A stretch of DNA of 63,871 nt, the filler included, from Octopus bimaculoides (lineage: Eukaryota), in assembly GCF_001194135.2 (NCBI RefSeq). It is 7 parts of 7 records of this genome, joined end to end, with 100 filler letters (N's around TTAATTAATTAA, not from the genome) between each part and the next. Parts side by side here need not be neighbours in the genome. Positions count along the whole stretch, not along the records: positions 1 to 24,817 come from NC_068994.1; positions 24,918 to 37,948 come from NC_068991.1; 5 more parts are not named here. One strand, written 5' to 3'. Position 1 is the stretch's first letter. Every line of letters begins with the position of its first letter. The position numbers and the translations under genes were made by a program. Positions 22,881 to 34,969 of this stretch are shown here, piece by piece. The notes beneath the pieces are model-generated. The model was not told the origin of the DNA. It saw nothing but the letters and a program-made list of their open reading frames with translations, and did not search any database.

Positions 22881-23870
22881 CCCCACTCCTACTCCAACCC
22901 ATGCCAGCATGGAAAACAGACATTAAATGATGATGATGATGACGACGATGATGTTGATATATACGAGCTGTACCTAACCACTAGTTATAATATATACTCT
23001 AGAACGAGTCTCTGTTATACTATTAATATTGTATCAGATACTAAATACATCCTACGCATTATGCCCGCATGTGAGCATGCATGTGTAAATAAACGCAAGC
23101 ATGGTCGAATGATTAAAAAGTGAGCCTTGGAATAATGAGGGCTGGGTTCGATCTCACTATATGGTATCTTGGGCAAGTACTGTTTACGAAACAGAGTAGA
23201 GGGAAACCGGATGGAAGTTCGTCGGATGGGATGTACTTGTAATTCAATGGACCAACCTCGTCATACACTGACTCTACGTAAGGGAGCAAGTGTCCGCGGA
23301 GTAACCAGCCACTTACACTACAATTCGATAAGCCCGTAGTTCTGTTGACGATCGAACAGCTGGAATAGTCAGCATCGAAACAGACGGGGATCCATCTGAA
23401 ATGTCACGTTTCTTGCATTCAAACAGCATCAAAATCTTTCGTAGTAAACTATGATCTGGTCACAAAAAAAAATCTACCTTTATATATATCATCATTATTA
23501 TTATTAATATTACTTGTACTGCGACGGATGGCTCTAACAGCCCTCCACCCCGAAGTTGGCACTCCAGTTAGAATTTTTCAAAAGTAATATAAAATCCCTT
23601 CCTGAATCATTTATATATTCATTAATGACTTCTCTACTTACATTTAAAACGTTTCCGTTGTATCTCCAAGTAACTTGCACAGTTCTACAGTCTGTACAGA
23701 AAAAGATAAATCTCAGAAACATGGGAGACAACTGGCTTAACGACCTGCCCACTTCGTTGTTTCTCTCTCTCTCCCTCAAATACACACACACTCACATACA
23801 TAACATTAATATACGGAGTGGATATCCGAATTACACATAACTCATGTGTATGTATGAGTGTCTGTGTGTG

Positions 23871-24060
23871 TGAAGGTGCGCGGTCTAGTGGTTAAGTTGT
23901 TACGATCGCGAGATCGTGAGTTCGATTCCAGGACTGGGCGGTGCATTGTGTTCTTGAGCAACTCACTTCATCTCACGTTATTCTGCGATCACTCAGACGT
24001 CTGACTGTGGCACAGCGTGCACCTGTACAGGCAATGACAATTTGATGGAGAGAGTGGGCT
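23871..24060 (+). mobile_element. Family-C tRNA-derived SINE followed by a MITE insertion
   Basis: ggtctagtggtt A box, gagttcgattcc B box, ttgtgttcttgagcaa core. Confidence 0.7.
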
Positions 24061-24069
24061 AATAATATA

Positions 24070-24196
24070 CGGGGTGTCCACAAAGTCTGGGTACATGGGG
24101 ATTAACACATACTTTAAGAAATTATAATTTCTCACATTTAATTGTTTATGTTATGATTCTATTTACTCTATGTACCCAGACTTTGTGGACACCCTG
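24070..24196. mobile_element. Second copy of the 127-bp MITE, opposite orientation to 21214-21340
   Basis: Same TIRs and length, TA TSD (24068-69, 24197-98); interior is the reverse complement of the first copy. Confidence 0.88.
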
Positions 24197-24817
24197 TACA
24201 GCATAAACATTTGAGCACTATAAGCCAACCAAGTGTACAGGTTGCTCAACAAGAAACGGCACACCTGATCACAACTGCTTTCCTCGCACTCGAGAGAGAC
24301 CGCCAATATATCTTTGCAAATTGTTGCTTTTCTTTCAATCGCGGTATTTTATTTTAACACTTTTAGTTTGAAACAAAATTAATAAATAAATGTAATAAAT
24401 GCGGGAGTTTCTTTTCGTTTTTTTTTGTTTTTTTTTAAGTGCTCGAGAGGTTGTGTTTATGTATACATATCTATAAACACTTGCATAGATACAAATTCTC
24501 CCGATACAAACGCGCGCGCACACACATACATATACACACACATGCGCACATATATACTTCTACACACACACACATGTACACACATACATATACAAATATA
24601 CACACACGCACATATATATGTATATACATAGGCACACACACACACACGCACATACTATATATATATATGCACACACACACACACACACACATACCTTAAC
24701 ACCTATAAACACACATTTTCATTTACTTCTCTCAGCTATACAAAACTAGTGACAGAACGAAATTATAAGAAAAAGCAAACTCCAGCTCGTCACAGTTCAC
24801 TTTTTTAATTGCTAATT

Positions 24818-24917
24818 NNNNNNNNNNNNNNNNNNNNNNNNNNNNNNNNNNNNNNNNNNNNTTAATTAATTAANNNNNNNNNNNNNNNNNNNNNNNNNNN
24901 NNNNNNNNNNNNNNNNN
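24818..24917. other. Artificial 100-nt scaffold spacer (44N-TTAATTAATTAA-44N)
   Basis: Identical layout at 37949-38048, 47638-47737, 53038-53137, 60191-60290, 62584-62683; the linker has stops in all six frames. Confidence 0.95.
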
Positions 24918-24996
<79 letters not shown>

Positions 24997-26051
24997 CTGT
25001 GTCTGTGTCTGTGTGTGTGTATGAATAGATGGATTGATGTATATATCTGCATGTGCGTGTTTTGTGTTTGACCCCCCCCCACCGCTCTTTGACAACTCGT
25101 ATTGGTTTGTTATATAGCAGTTCGGCATAAGGGTCCGATATAATAGACGAGGGGCTTAAAATATAATAATTAGTGAGGTTGATTTGTTCGCCAAAACACT
25201 TCAAGGCGGTGTCCCAGCATGACGGTTGCCCAAAGACTGAATCAAGTAAAGGATTATATATAAAGTATATATACATACATACATACATACATACATACAT
25301 ACATACATACATACATACATACATGTATATATAATGGGTGTATGTATGTGCGTATAAGGCTGGCCAAAAGTTACCCTTAAAATCAAAATTCCATAATTAA
25401 TTAATATTCAATTTTATTTATTCATTCCAATTATGAATGTTTAATAACTGAATGCTGTGAGTTAAAATCTCCCGTTTTTTGTTTATTTTATTTTTAACAT
25501 TTGACTATTTATTAGTGAAGTCTCATATCATATAATATTTTGGTTTAATCTTGTAATTAAATGGGTCTTAACTTACTTTCAGATGACTTTTGACCAAACC
25601 TGTATGTATATATATATATATATATNNNNNNNNNNNNNNNNNNNNNNNNNNNNNNNNNNNNNNNNNNNNNNNNNNNNNNNNNNNNNNNNNNNNNNNNNNN
25701 NNNNNNNNNNNNNNNNNNNNNNNNNNNNNNNNNNNNNNNNNNNNNNNNNNNNNNNNNNNNNNNNNNNNNNNNNNNNNNNNNNNNNNNNNNNNNNNNNNNN
25801 NNNNNNNNNNNNNNNNNNNNNNNNNNNNNNNNNNNNNNNNNNNNNNNNNNNNNNNNNNNNNNNNNNNNNNNNNNNNNNNNNNNNNNNNNNNNNNNNNNNN
25901 NNNNNNNNNNNNNNNNNNNNNNNNNNNNNNNNNNNNNNNNNNNNNNNNNNNNNNNNNNNNNNNNNNNNNNNNNNNNNNNNNNNNNNNNNNNNNNNNNNNN
26001 NNNNNNNNNNNNNNNNNNNNNNNNNNNNNNNNNNNNNNNNNNNNNNNNNNN

Positions 26052-26113
<62 letters not shown>

Positions 26114-26394
26114 GTGTGCGGGGGTGGTTGTGCGCACCTGTGAGCGGATTCTACGCGTTTTTTGTATGTATATACGTTCATATTAAAAAGGTCATTATAT
26201 GTAAATATAAATTATACATAGCTCTATGTACATTTATTCAATGAGCGTACAATGCATACATTAGCATATTTATATTTTCGTACAATATATATACACTTTA
26301 CATACATATGCAAACATATATATAATTGTTGGATAGAAATCCTACTCAAAGACATCAGTAGTCTAACGCACACATATATGTATAAAGCTTTCTG

Positions 26395-26930
26395 TGTATT
26401 TGAGTGTGTGGGAAGACGTTTTCTTCCCAACTACATAGTTCTGGGTTCAATCCCACTGTGTAGCACTTTGAGCAAGTGACTTCTTGCATAGACCTAGGCT
26501 GGCTACAGAGAGAAACCGAAAGAAGCGCGTCGTATATGTGTATGTGTATTCATATATATGTATATTTATATATGTATGTATATCAATGTGTGTCTTTGTG
26601 TTTGTGTCTCTCTCTCACCACACCTCGACGACTGGTGTTGGTTTCCTTATGTGCCCGCAACCTAGCGGTTCGGCAAAAGCGGTAATAGAACAAGATCCAA
26701 GCATGGCTGTAGTCTAATGACTGAAACAAGTAAAAGATAATATATATATATATATATGTATAGGCGTAGGAGTGGCTGTGTGGTAAGAAGCTTGCTTACG
26801 AAACACATGGTTCCGAGTTCAGTCCCACTGCGTGACACCTTGGGCAAGTGTCTTTTACTATAGCCTCGGCCGACCAAAACCTTGTGAGTGGATTTAGTAG
26901 ACGGAAACTGAAAAGAAGTCCGTCGTATAT
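26395..26930 (+). mobile_element. Two tandem family-A SINE copies (about 26395-26740 and 26762-26930)
   Basis: aggcgtaggagtggctgtgtggtaagaagcttgctt...gttcagtcccactgcg...ccttgggcaagtgtc...gacggaaactgaaaagaagtccgtcg. Confidence 0.8.
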
Positions 26931-27670
26931 ATGTATATATATATATANNNNNNNNNNNNNNNNNNNNNNNNNNNNNNNNNNNNNNNNNNNNNNNNNNNNN
27001 NNNNNNNNNNNNNNNNNNNNNNNNNNNNNNNNNNNNNNNNNNNNNNNNNNNNNNNNNNNNNNNNNNNNNNNNNNNNNNNNNNNNNNNNNNNNNNNNNNNN
27101 NNNNNNNNNNNNNNNNNNNNNNNNNNNNNNNNNNNNNNNNNNNNNNNNNNNNNNNNNNNNNNNNNNNNNNNNNNNNNNNNNNNNNNNNNNNNNNNNNNNN
27201 NNNNNNNNNNNNNNNNNNNNNNNNNNNNNNNNNNNNNNNNNNNNNNNNNNNNNNNNNNNNNNNNNNNNNNNNNNNNNNNNNNNNNNNNNNNNNNNNNNNN
27301 NNNNNNNNNNNNNNNNNNNNNNNNNNNNNNNNNNNNNNNNNNNNNNNNNNNNNNNNNNNNNNNNNNNNNNNNNNNNNNNNNNNNNNNNNNNNNNNNNNNN
27401 NNNNNNNNNNNNNNNNNNNNNNNNNNNNNNNNNNNNNNNNNNNNNNNNNNNNNNNNNNNNNNNNNNNNNNNNNNNNNNNNNNNNNNNNNNNNNNNNNNNN
27501 NNNNNNNNNNNNNNNNNNNNNNNNNNNNNNNNNNNNNNNNNNNNNNNNNNNNNNNNNNNNNNNNNNNNNNNNNNNNNNNNNNNNNNNNNNNNNNNNNNNN
27601 NNNNNNNNNNNNNNNNNNNNNNNNNNNNNNNNNNNNNNNNNNNNNNNNNNNNNNNNNNNNNNNNNNNNNN

Positions 27671-27703
<33 letters not shown>

Positions 27704-27815
27704 TGTATGTGTATATATTTACTATATTTCCATAGAAGCATTTTTGTTGGATTACTTTTAATTGTTTACTGCATAAACAGGTACATACACAAGCACACAC
27801 ACACACACACACACA

Positions 27816-27855
<40 letters not shown>

Positions 27856-28489
27856 TACAAACGCTCATACATACGTACACACTAAGTACATGAGGACATA
27901 ATCGTTTACATATATATGTGTCATACATGTATACTGTGCATACGCACATACATGTGTGAGTGTGTTTGTGTGTGTGTTCCTTAAAATCATGTAGTGAAAT
28001 AATTTGTCGCATCAATCCATATCTACCTATCTTTTTTTTTTTTAACACTGGCTAGATATAGAAATGGAGCGATTAATTTTTTTTTCTTTTTTTGTATGGA
28101 TGAACAGATTGAAAACGATGGGCGGATTTATTTATACAGATCTATGTAAATATATATTATATGTAAGCAAAGTTGTATAAAATTGCAAAATACATGTGTG
28201 AGTATAATATATATAGATATATGTCTGTTCTGTTTGTTTGTATTTAAGAGCGGGAGAGACAGACGGAGAAGGAGCGATAGAGAAATATACTTGCAAATAA
28301 ATACGTATATATATATATATATATATACATACACACGTACACACACACATATGCGGTATATATATAATATATGCATGTATGTATCGATGTATGTATGTAT
28401 GGATAGGTATATGGAGCTTATATGTATGTATATATGTAGGTTATTGAACTGAATTCAGTTAATGGTTTATCCAGTCATTGACACACGTT

Positions 28490-28590
28490 TTTCCCAATCA
28501 AAGATGGCGGAAGATAAGGCATCACAATTTCCGCCATGTTTTACAATTTCATCTGGTCTTTAGAAAGTCATTACCGCACTTGTGTAAGTA
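28490..28590 (+). promoter_or_regulatory. Candidate promoter: CCAAT box, inverted pair of YY1-type motifs, downstream donor site
   Basis: CCAATCA just before AAGATGGCGGAA (28501-12); TTCCGCCATGTT (28529-40); GT|GTAAGT at 28583/28584; CpG-richer flank. Confidence 0.55.
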
Positions 28591-30094
28591 TTGGGTAATA
28601 CAGCATAACGATGGAGTGGTTTCGCTCGCTGACTGTCACACATAACACGACTGTCCGCACGCGGACACGTGTGTATGTACATATTTATATGCATATAAAC
28701 ATACAATGCGCACATAGTTTAAACACACACATACACACATGCATATATACATATAGTTTTCCGTTGCCTAATTGAGGATGGCAAAGTAACGACCCGGTGT
28801 GTCACTCTAAATTGAAATTTGTAATTAAGAAATTTGTTTTGCAATCATCTGGCTGCCTGTTCGAATCCTCCTGTACCATGTCATCTCCCTCATCTATTGG
28901 TCAACCAGTGCCTTTTGAGAGAAATTTTATAAACGGTAACTATACGAAAAGCTATTGAATATGTATCCATGTTTGTCTATAAATTTCACCGAGTCATTTG
29001 GGCACACCATATGCAAGGAAACTTAAATGCAGTGTTTAACGAACGAATCCGCTTGAGATTTTTGTTCTTATTGCATTTGGAACACTTGTTACTTACACCA
29101 TCAGAACCAGGGGATTGTTTCGTTGGAAACAACTATCGACGCTGTTGTTCGTCATATAAAACAAAAATAGTATTAAAAAATATATCTAATGCAATTATAG
29201 TTGTTTTGATCAAATCCGTCCAGCATCTAGTTTTCTTTCAGTCTTTGGGAATTTTCTAACACACTTTTATTACATGTTTATTTAGTTATCGTTAGAGAAG
29301 GATTATCTTTTGGCAGAGTCGTTATCAGATAAAATGCATTTTACGAAATTTTTGTTCTTCGTTGAAATCATGCCGGGGCCGACTTTACCATTTATCGTTC
29401 TGTGTCGATAAAACAAAATACACGTCATATACCTGTGTGGTATGAGCACGTTGACGGCCTAACTCGATTCACATACAATATACTGCCATGGTAAAGCAGA
29501 GACACTGAATGAAAAGGCCCAACAGTTGAAATGCACTACTATTGCATCAGTATTAAGATATATCTTCTATAAAATCCTATGTTCACGCCAACAGAGCAAA
29601 TGCACAATCTACAAACTATTTTCCACTCATACACATACACACGCAATTTATTTCTTTCTCTAAATGAGATCCCCCATTAAAAAGGCGGAAAAATTCCAGA
29701 ATCTTATTTAAGAACTATAAAAACTACAAGTAATGCTTGACTAGAAAGAAAGTATTTCTTTCTTTGCAATGACAATATTTTGTTATCAATGGAAATATAT
29801 TATTTCTAATAACATTAAATTTGCTTGGGAGATGATTGTCACTTTAATTATCATCTTCTCAGGCCAATGGAGGAGCCTGTAGCTAGTGGTGGCTCGATCT
29901 GTTTGATGCAGCAGTCAAATACCCCTGAAAATTACACTTTAGATCATGCATATGATACTTGGAAAAAGAGGACAATAATAGGATTTCTTTGTTCTCTTCG
30001 ATCAGTGTTGAACTGGAGTTAAATAATAACAACTTTGTCGCTGTTGTAGGTGTTGGTATTGTTTACCCTACAGCAGCAATTAAGGAAAATTACA

Positions 30095-30390
30095 GACTAA
30101 AATGTGACAAACATTCATTCTAAAGACACGACCTCTGAAGACAACTCGAATATTAATGATAATAATTATGGTTACTAGTTTAGGTACAATGCCAGCAATT
30201 TTAAAAGAAGTGAAATCTCCAGCACTTATGAATATGTATAGCACTGCTTGGCACCACACACGTCCTATGTAGAGCTCCTTCAATACAACAAAAATAACAA
30301 TACCCAAACAGATCACAGTACATACCCAAGGCATACAGAGCTGCGCTCGGTAGTGCACTGAAAGCTCGTAATAAAAACAACACCACGGAA
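30095..30390 (+). mobile_element. 3' end of R4/Dong-like RLE LINE
   Basis: Tail catacccaaggcatacagagctgcgctcggtagtgcactgaaagc matches the reverse complement of about 34975-35025; followed by (AAT)n. Confidence 0.7.
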
Positions 30391-30439
30391 TGATATTAAT
30401 AATAATAATAATTTCAAATTTTGCCACACTTTGGAAGAG

Positions 30440-30613
30440 GAGGCGTGTCGATTACATCGACCCCAGTGTTCAACTAGTACTTAATTCATTGACCCCGAAA
30501 GGATGAAATACAAAGTCGACCTCGGCGGAATTTGAACACAGAACGTAGCGGCAGACGAAATACCGCTAAGCATTTCGTCCGACGTGCTAAGGATTCTGCC
30601 AGCTCGCCGCATT

Positions 30614-30653
<40 letters not shown>

Positions 30654-30900
30654 GTAATAATGACGATGGTGATGATGATGATGATGACGACGACGATACT
30701 TTCCACTATTGGCACGAGGTCAGCAATTTCGGGTAAGGCGCTAAGTCGATTACATTGAGCCCCAGTATTCAACTAGTTCGCATTTTATCGACCCCGAAAA
30801 TATAAAGGCAAAGTCGACCTGGGAGGCATTTGAACTCAGGACATAAAGACAGAAGAAATGCTGCTAAGCATTTTGTCTGGTGTGCTAACGATTCTGCCAA
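30440..30900 (-). mobile_element. Two head-to-tail family-B SINEs (30440-30612, 30712-30900) separated by (AAT)n(GAT)n
   Basis: Both match the family-B motif in reverse complement. Confidence 0.8.
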
Positions 30901-30989
30901 ATAATAACATTTTCTTTGTTAACTACAATGGCAGCAAAAACATTTAGGACAATACAAAGAGGAAGGACAGTGGGAATTTACATGAACAT

Positions 30990-31780
30990 AAATAAAAACA
31001 ATGACAATTATCAAGAAAGTTATTCCAACAAATTTCGCAATAGAGAGAAAAGCCTCTCAAAGGCGACCAAGGGACTTACAGATCCAAAGTCACCCTACGC
31101 TCAAGGAATACCATGGCAAATGCACCTCTTTCCGTTGTATTTTTCAGCTCTGGCCGTTCTCGTTACGTTCACCCAACGTTTTAAACATTTACTGAGGAGA
31201 TGGAAGCAGCGTCTTCCTCTCCACTTCACTTTCCTTTCTAAGTGGAATTTGAAAAAATCCAATGAGGACAAGGCTGCAAAGGAAAGCGTCTGTCTTCAGT
31301 CCTTTCAGTCGTGCCCACCACAAAATCTTTTTCATCATAGCCACCACAGAAAACCTGCCTGTACTTCGCGATCAGAGGAAGGCTGCAGAGTAATCTTCAC
31401 GATGGAGTCGGCTTATAACCGCATCCGACCGACACGTGATAGCAGCTGTTCGACATAATCCCGTAAGTAATCAATCGCTCAAGCATTGTGCAAGCGCGTG
31501 CAGAACGGTTTCGTCACTCTGCGCACATGTCGAGCAAATCTGATTGACAGTGTTTCCATGCCTGTAGAGTTCATTCCGAACCAGCAATGCCACTTGGTAG
31601 TACTGTCAGATTTTAGAAAATTATCCACGGGCACTGGCACTAAAGTCTACAAACATCAGCCAATTCATTCATACCCAAAGTTGCCTCGAGACGTCGTTTC
31701 ACTTACCCACCACCATTTCTCTATAGAGCACCATAATGGAACATACCAACCAGCTGAGAGCTGTGAGCAGAGATAAAGAT
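30990..31780 (-). mobile_element. L1/Tx1-type ORF2 C-terminus (degenerate)
   Basis: Minus-strand frames give ATLGMNELADV, MDNF-like PVDNFLKS, NELYRHGNTV.ICSTCAQSDETVLHALAQC and FFKFHLERKVK...KRWVNVTRTAR. Confidence 0.7.
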
Positions 31781-32140
31781 TTTGGCCAGAGGTTGGCGCT
31801 TGTAATCGGTAGATGTAGCTTAAACATACGCCAAACCCAATAGGTGTATCCACGACAACCTTCTTTTCACGCAAGACATCATGGAAAGGATGATGTAAAG
31901 AACCTGGTATGGGTGGGGTCATGATGAATTTAGATCAGACGAAAGCTTCCGATGGGGTTAACCATCATCAATACTTTGCGGTGGGCCTCAAGGCTTCTAG
32001 TTTCGGGCCCGCCTTCTGGATTGTTGCAATATACAGTGATATTTGCTCAGTGGTCAGAATAATAAATGGCTACTTGTCGGAACCGTCTAGTATTATGTGT
32101 TTGGTCCGTCAAGGGTACCCCATTCTTCTGATGGGTAAAT
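31780..32140 (+). mobile_element. L1/Tx1-type reverse transcriptase fragment, inverted relative to the adjacent 3' end
   Basis: KILA.., CIHDNLLFTQDI, MMNLDQTKASDGVNH..FGPAF..RIINGYLSEP..VRQGYP correspond to RT motifs LDxxKAFDxV and RQGxP. Confidence 0.75.
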
Positions 32141-32261
32141 CCGAGTTTACTTTGTTGAATTATGAATATTTTCGAGAGTGTAAATCCAAAACAATTAGAA
32201 AGAATACGGAGACTGATACATCTTCATTTTTTCTTTTAATCTTAACAGCTACTTATACAAC

Positions 32262-32751
32262 ATACTAGACTACCAGTGACCCGTTGTGTCACTGACGGTT
32301 CAGGTTATAAAATATTGAACCTGATTTCAACATTGCATTGAAATGAAATTTAATTTTATGATGGTTCAGTAAAATATTCCAATTCGTTCGTGTCATTATA
32401 GGTCTGGTTTACAAGTTCATGTTTTAAGGTTTTATTGATTATTTACAGCATCTAATAGAAATAGAACTTCTGGAATAAACTCCAGTAATAGCATTTATTT
32501 ATGGCATATGTGCACACTTCTACAAAAATGCAAAAGGAATTGTTATATACAGGTCTATGTTTAAGAGTAAGAGATGAATTATGTACATTATTTACATTAT
32601 TTACATTTGAAGAATATTTGTCCTCATTTTGTTTGTTGTTAACACGTTTCGGCTGATATACCTTCCAGCCTTCATCAGGTGTCTTGGGCGTAGTGGTTAA
32701 GAGCGCGAGCTACTAACCCCAAGATTCCGAGTTCGATTCCAGGCAGTGTCT

Positions 32752-32808
<57 letters not shown>

Positions 32809-33500
32809 TTGAAAATACCTTAGGAATGAGAACCTAAGTTCGAAATTTCCCCAAGATACCTGATGAAGGCTGGAAGATATATCAGCCGAAACGTGTTAGC
32901 AACAAAGATGAGGGCAACTATTCGTCAAATGTAAATAATGTAAATAATGGAATTGTTATATAATGTAAACATAAAATAAATGGAAACAATTTTCCCTGTA
33001 TTATATATTCCCATTTCAGGGTTATGTTACTTTCGGAGTATTTTCCCATTATACGCCGTTTTGGCAATTTATGAAGATACCCCCCAAAAAACCGCGTATC
33101 TCGGGAATCCGTGGTCCGATTTACGCGAAACTTGTTTTATCCCGTTTGTATTCACATTTCAGGGATACCTTACTTTCAAAGTATTTTCCCAACCGATTTG
33201 GTTGTATTACATTTCAGACAAGCAAGCACGCAAACAAAACTATCCAGGTGTTCACAGTAAATGGCAATAACTCCAGGTTTCACTGCTTAAATTTATGGAA
33301 ACAAGCCAAAAAGAAAACGCGTATCTCGGGAATCCGTGGTTCGATTCACGCGAAACTTGTTTTATTCTGTTTGTATTCACATTTCAGCAGTCCCTTCCTT
33401 ACTTTCAGAGTACTTTCCCATTATGCGCCGGTTTGGCTGTATTAAATTACAGACAAGTACGCACGCAAGCAACCAGAAACTTCTAGTATTATATATATAT
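32262..33500 (+). mobile_element. Possible Helentron/HINE-like non-autonomous element with a 225-bp internal tandem duplication, interrupted at 32550-32948
   Basis: 5' tactag followed by hairpin cagtgac/gtcactg (32274-32294); cgcgtatctcgggaatccgtgg at 33093 and 33318; 3' gacaag.a.gcacgcaa..aa..tattatatata. Family assignment is by pattern only. Confidence 0.45.
32550..32948. mobile_element. Fold-back tRNA-head/hammerhead element with 14-bp TSD
   Basis: Inverted tail (32550-32688) joined through GG microhomology to tRNA-like head (A box 32687, B box 32731) plus (AAT)n and tail; GGAATTGTTATATA at 32536-49 and 32949-62. Confidence 0.85.
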
Positions 33501-33504
33501 ATAT

Positions 33505-33655
33505 ATATAGGCTTCTTTCAGTTTCTACCAAATCCACTCAAAAGGCTTTGATCAGCCCGAGGCTATGGTAGAAAACGCTTATTCAAGATACCACGCGGTG
33601 AAACCGAACTTGGTACCATGTGGTTGCGAAGCAAACTTCTTACCGCACAGCTAAG
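33505..33655 (-). mobile_element. Family-A SINE 5' half
   Basis: Reverse complement of the tRNA/CORE-like head. Confidence 0.7.
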
Positions 33656-33779
33656 AACACTTAACAATAGTTTAGTTTTACCCAACTCGGTTTTAAAATC
33701 AAATCCATCTGAAGTAACTAAAATCTACGTGATCGATCGATCTTACGCAAATAACAGCCAAATATCCCTTTAATTTCAC

Positions 33780-33984
33780 TTGACCATTTTAATAAGTCCT
33801 CTTCCCCTTCTTTTTCTTGGTACATACAGTCTGTCTGTGTCACTTTTTGGATGGAGTGCACCATGTCTAGTTAGCAACTTCCTTGTTTTTCTGTCTAAGT
33901 TGTTTAGTTCGTCTACTATCCATGCTATTATCCCTGCTCCGTATCTAAGGAGTGAAACCGCCCAGGTGTTGATATCTCCGATAA

Positions 33985-33985
<1 letters not shown>
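33780..33985 (-). mobile_element. R4/Dong-like RLE LINE, post-RT fragment III
   Basis: INTWAVSLLRYGAGII.W...LDRKTRKLLTRHGALHPKSDTDRLYVPRKRRGRGLI. Confidence 0.85.
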
Positions 33986-34068
<83 letters not shown>

Positions 34069-34139
34069 CATCATCATCCATTATTATTATTATTATTATT
34101 TTACTATTATTTTTCACTTTTAATGTGCATGTTTGTTAC

Positions 34140-34920
34140 ACTCACTTGCCTAGACACACCCAGTGTCCTAGGGCGACTGAAAGCTTGGGGGAGGGGGAGT
34201 GGCAGGGGCAGTAGCGAACTTCATGTAATACAAAACAGATAGGGTTTTTCTACGGATATAGGCAGTACTTGACAGCACAATTTTTTGGATTTCTCTGAGA
34301 CATGGTTCTCTTGGGATGTTATCTAGAAGTTTTTGACATCCCTTTTTTATCGTACCTAAGGCATCCACAATAACAGGAACAGTTCTCGCTTTAAGACGCC
34401 ACATCTTTTGTATTTCAATTTCCAGGTCCTTATATTTTTATTTAATTCGTTAAATACCTTTACAGACATATTTTTTGTCAGTGGGAACACTTACATTTAT
34501 TAGTCTACAAGTATTTTCTTCCACGTCTTTTATAATTGTCTGGTCGATTAGCCTGGATCGTTCTGTCAGAGTTGACTGGAAAATCCCAGAGGTTAGTAGC
34601 ATTTTTACCTTCAGCGACTGGCTCAGGATGATGTTCATACCAGTAAGCAGAAGTGCTGATTTTGTAGTGTTTACATATTTTCTAATGTAAATACTGTTCT
34701 AGCCTGTCGTGGTGATTTTTGTACTCGTTTGGTGTCATCACAGGACATCCCAAAACGAGATGGTCTATTGTTTCGTCAAATATATCGCAGAACCTGCATT
34801 CAGGGTCAGAACAATTTTGAAGAACATTAGCATGGTAGTTTTTGTAAGCAAGCTTTCATTTTGTGCCGCCAATAGGAAACCTTCAGTCTCTACTTTCAAT
34901 CCTGAACTTCTCAGCCACTG
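34140..34920 (-). mobile_element. R4/Dong-like RLE LINE, 5'-truncated fragment II (zinc finger, RLE, 3' UTR)
   Basis: WLRSSGLKVETEGFLLAAQ, WDF..SDRTIQANRPD, CRLINVSVPTD, WRLKARTVPVIVDALG.IKKG...EIQKIVL, with frameshifts. Confidence 0.85.
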
Positions 34921-34969
34921 ATTGTTGTTGTTATTGTTGTTGTTATTATTATTCAGTTGTCTTATTTTT

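Noticed and set aside
24862-24873. Conserved TTAATTAATTAA element and ORFs ending in LIN
   Set aside because: Synthetic six-frame-stop linker inside 100-nt spacers.
25557-27872. Long ORFs spanning N runs, and THTH/CVCV/YIYI ORFs throughout
   Set aside because: Products of gaps and dinucleotide microsatellites.
32640-32897. Active hammerhead ribozymes in the fold-back arms
   Set aside because: Both lack the NUH triplet between GAAAC and stem I, so cleavage is not expected; kept only as part of the element finding.
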